Shown: piece by piece, positions 62,301 through 64,000 of the stretch
Layout: the number at the start of each line of letters is the position of its first letter
Position numbering within the stretch: the first letter of the stretch is position 1
Assembly: GCA_038209745.1 (NCBI GenBank)
Contig: JBBQXJ010000002.1
Span: 73,644-137,643 of the forward strand
Length of the DNA: 64,000 nucleotides
Direction: 5' to 3'
Source: Verrucomicrobiota bacterium
Lineage (GTDB): Bacteria; Verrucomicrobiota; Verrucomicrobiia; Limisphaerales; CANJSG01
Notes under the pieces: generated by a model
What the model was told of the DNA's origin: nothing
Databases searched by the model: none
Seen by the model: only the letters and a program-made list of their open reading frames with translations
Position numbers and translations under genes: made by a program

Positions 62301-64000
62301 GTTTCACGAACGACATCGCCGGGGCGACCAACGTCGGGTTCGTCACCTTTTTTCCTCCGAATCTGTCGACGGAACGGGCCAACGGAGAGGCGGACATCGA
62401 TCTCTACGTTTCGCAGAATCCTGGCCTCACCAATTTGAATCCGGCCGCTTTGGCTGGCTCTTGGAAATCCCTCCAGCGGGGCGGAACCGAAGTCATCACG
62501 ACCAACAACTCGCAAAAGGGCGACGTCTACTACATCGGGGTCAAGTCGGAAGACCAACAGGCCTCCGACTTCAACCTGTTCGCGGTGGCCTCCATCGACC
62601 CGTTCAGCAGGCGCGACGCCGAGGGGAATCTGATTCTGAATGGTTTCCCCCGGCTGGCGGCCCTGCCCGATGGCACGTCCGACAATCCAAGCATCCGGTT
62701 CATCGTGTTTCCGGCCTTCGGCGAAAAGGATATTATCCGTCGTGTCGTGGTCACCAACGAGTTCTACCACGAGAATTTCGGCGACCTTTTCGGCAACCTC
62801 TCGCATGAGCGGAAGTTCTCGGTGTTGAACAACCACAGCTTCAATCTGAACAACACCCCCGGATTCCGGCGGATCATCTATGATGACTCCAATTCCGGGG
62901 AGATCTTTGGCGCAATCCCGCCCGACGGCCCGGGTGATCTGCGCGGATTCTGGGGGCTCCAAGCCGGTCAACCTTGGATCTTCACCGTGGTCGACAACTC
63001 GCTGAATCACACCGGTCGGTTGGATCGGGCGACCATCAAGATCTACCCACAACTGGTTAACACGAACGTCATCAAGGTCACGATCCTGCCGAACCGTTGG
63101 TACTACGACCTGATCGACGTTCCGCCCGAGGCGGATCGGTTGAATCTGATCGTTTCCTACGACGGAAACGCTCCGGGACCCGTCGACACCTATCTCCGGG
63201 CCGAGCATCCGCCGACCGCTGCGGACTACGACAAGTATGTGAACATCGTTCCTCCGGGTGGAATAAACTCCATCAGTCGTGGCGACATACCTCCCCTGCG
63301 TCCCGCCCCCTACTATGCCGGTCTGTTCAATCCGAATCCGTTTCCGATCAGCGTGACCTATCGGTTTAGCTTGGACCTGCTGCTTGGAGGGCTCTTCACG
63401 CCGAATCCCGGAATGACCAACTCGACGGCGCTGCTCGACGATGCGCTGACGAAGTCGGTTCTAACCGTGACCAACCAGGGCCGTATCGTCGGGATGCAGA
63501 TGGGATTGAAGGTCCAGCATCCGCGCCTGTCTGATCTCAGCTTCTCCTTGGTGAGCCCGTCGGGCGTCCGCTCTCTTTTGATGGAGAACCGTGGTCAGGG
63601 CTCCAGCGGCTTCGCGGGAGTCTTCACCGAGGGGACCACTGCGATGGAAGTGGCCCGCTTCGCCGGCGTCGAGGGCTTCACCTTGCTTCCGACAACCAAC
63701 CATCTCGTGTTGTCCGACTTCGAGGAAAGCGCCGTCGGCACCGTGGCCGCACCGGGCCAGGTCGCGCAATGGAACATCCTCGCGAACAGTGTCACGGTCG
63801 TCAGCAACGTCGCCCTGCGCTACTCCGGTTCCAACGTGCTGGCCTTGGCCGACGGTGTCATCCGGACCAATCTCGCGACGGTGCCGGGAACCACCTACTC
63901 CTTGACGATGGGGGTGAGGGACGAGCCTTTGGCGGCTTGGTGGCCGGTGGATGACAACACTTGGAAGGATCCTATCGGGACGAACACCGGCAACTTCATC
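59369..64000 (+). CDS. Giant multidomain S8 subtilase (N-terminal TM/signal, prodomain, S8, beta-sandwich and P-domain-like modules), 3' end outside window
   Basis: Manual translation from ATG 59369 (MKYLRSRSWAVISVVSLILAIVCLWL); in-frame triad NDTG (60296), HGTHVAG (60398), GTSMSAP (61451); ITLVWTDPPG; QHPRLSDLSFSLVSPSG; no stop seen before 64000. Confidence 0.93.
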   Translation, partial: MKYLRSRSWAVISVVSLILAIVCLWLSRRWDERRSAATNPTEQVEAKVGSTATGSIALTKIVGEALAKKAVGEIPSRLQHRLSNTSAGIRSLMRNDRAILLENALIDTSISDALAIPESLRLKGAPGSYIVQARGYTSDAFRSSLEQAGAKIVSYVPNNAYLVRASEQVASALGADPAVASLVPYQPYFKLEPGLLAEVLQPTVQPGTAQLKVTIYAGDDAAAKNAIHTLGFEVSQSERSPFGDLLTVKGPSQAIAALAQEPTVQAIENAPERMLLTDLARVRVGVSSNSFVPGNWLGLTGSNVVIGLNDTGVQASHPDLTGRVIDSGFLDARGGSILSDYDGHGTHVAGIMITTGASFPGGTNALGSLANANYRGMAPGASVYPLPVDPISGSFRTDTFLQEATARTNIFISNNSWGYRGSRDYTSSSASFDAATRDSLPEKPGSQGVLYVFAAGDGGNGSASGSTGVPDTIISPATAKNVIAVGALDQLREITNSVAINGVTNDFFFAETDSDYQVSPFSSRGNTGIGVEGEFGRYKPDLVAPGSFMVSTRATNYAEPTGFPSYRFSETTGQHLEPGQTNVYAVTIPANGKEISISTLPLAQSGPVVFPLQIAAGSSNPPIQVRGTNQVLLQVPADIAPGLVFYSVVNTNRVGISFDVRTAVTLESESGDYYDVLAQLNAPLGPYYRYDSGTSMSAPVVSGMLALVQEFFETRLGRTNSPAMMKALLINGARRSSVFYDFNPGGLVNHQGWGVPQLTNTLPAILESAPESTWPVRLFDQSPTNALATGEQFSRTITPSEEAKAVPLRITLVWTDPPGNPIVGAKLVNDLDLVVTNMATGAAIFGNNFPSGSQYTVESPKGLDESDLINNVENVYLPAPLASNYVVTVRGKRVNVNAVTGQTNGTKQDFALVISSGDTALTSPFGLSGIPALTTQAAPLVLTISNSIALTGQRVGANAPLGAGGPGGGVANQWRFYRFTNDIAGATNVGFVTFFPPNLSTERANGEADIDLYVSQNPGLTNLNPAALAGSWKSLQRGGTEVITTNNSQKGDVYYIGVKSEDQQASDFNLFAVASIDPFSRRDAEGNLILNGFPRLAALPDGTSDNPSIRFIVFPAFGEKDIIRRVVVTNEFYHENFGDLFGNLSHERKFSVLNNHSFNLNNTPGFRRIIYDDSNSGEIFGAIPPDGPGDLRGFWGLQAGQPWIFTVVDNSLNHTGRLDRATIKIYPQLVNTNVIKVTILPNRWYYDLIDVPPEADRLNLIVSYDGNAPGPVDTYLRAEHPPTAADYDKYVNIVPPGGINSISRGDIPPLRPAPYYAGLFNPNPFPISVTYRFSLDLLLGGLFTPNPGMTNSTALLDDALTKSVLTVTNQGRIVGMQMGLKVQHPRLSDLSFSLVSPSGVRSLLMENRGQGSSGFAGVFTEGTTAMEVARFAGVEGFTLLPTTNHLVLSDFEESAVGTVAAPGQVAQWNILANSVTVVSNVALRYSGSNVLALADGVIRTNLATVPGTTYSLTMGVRDEPLAAWWPVDDNTWKDPIGTNTGNFI

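Noticed and set aside
60764..63208. 814-aa minus-strand ORF
   Set aside because: Antisense shadow of the plus-strand subtilase; no recognisable motifs.

Overview
GC-rich bacterial chromosomal window. It is most likely Verrucomicrobiota (Pedosphaerales/Limisphaerales-like), inferred from protein families, gene order and repeat types rather than from a marker gene. Left part: an RND efflux pair, dtd, a glycine-rich RRM protein, a DeoR regulator with a rhamnulose-phosphate aldolase/SDR fusion, a REP/tyrosine-transposase remnant beside a VapBC pair, a transglutaminase-like protein and tal. Next come a decayed flagellin copy, sigma28-driven fliC-fliD, ltaE, an IS630 scar, a dihaem cytochrome c and cutA. 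Middle: a MoxR-DUF58-VWA (Bat-type) operon whose DUF58 5' end is duplicated around inserted DNA, then mtnP, a Gre factor and TPR/Prc/FKBP genes. A compact type IV filament-like operon follows, in which no pilin has Glu5. Right part: a large type IV pilus/T2SS-like locus (pilB-pilT-pilB-pilC, an embedded BrnT/BrnA-like pair, five pilins and a 1247-aa PilX/GspK-like protein). It ends in a >1540-aa multidomain subtilase that runs off the window and is absent from the ORF track. The most notable signals are the pilus-plus-giant-protease locus, the cassette-like DUF58 5' duplication, the Glu5-less pilin operon and a strong Thr-Asn dipeptide bias in exported proteins. No rRNA, tRNA or CRISPR array was seen.
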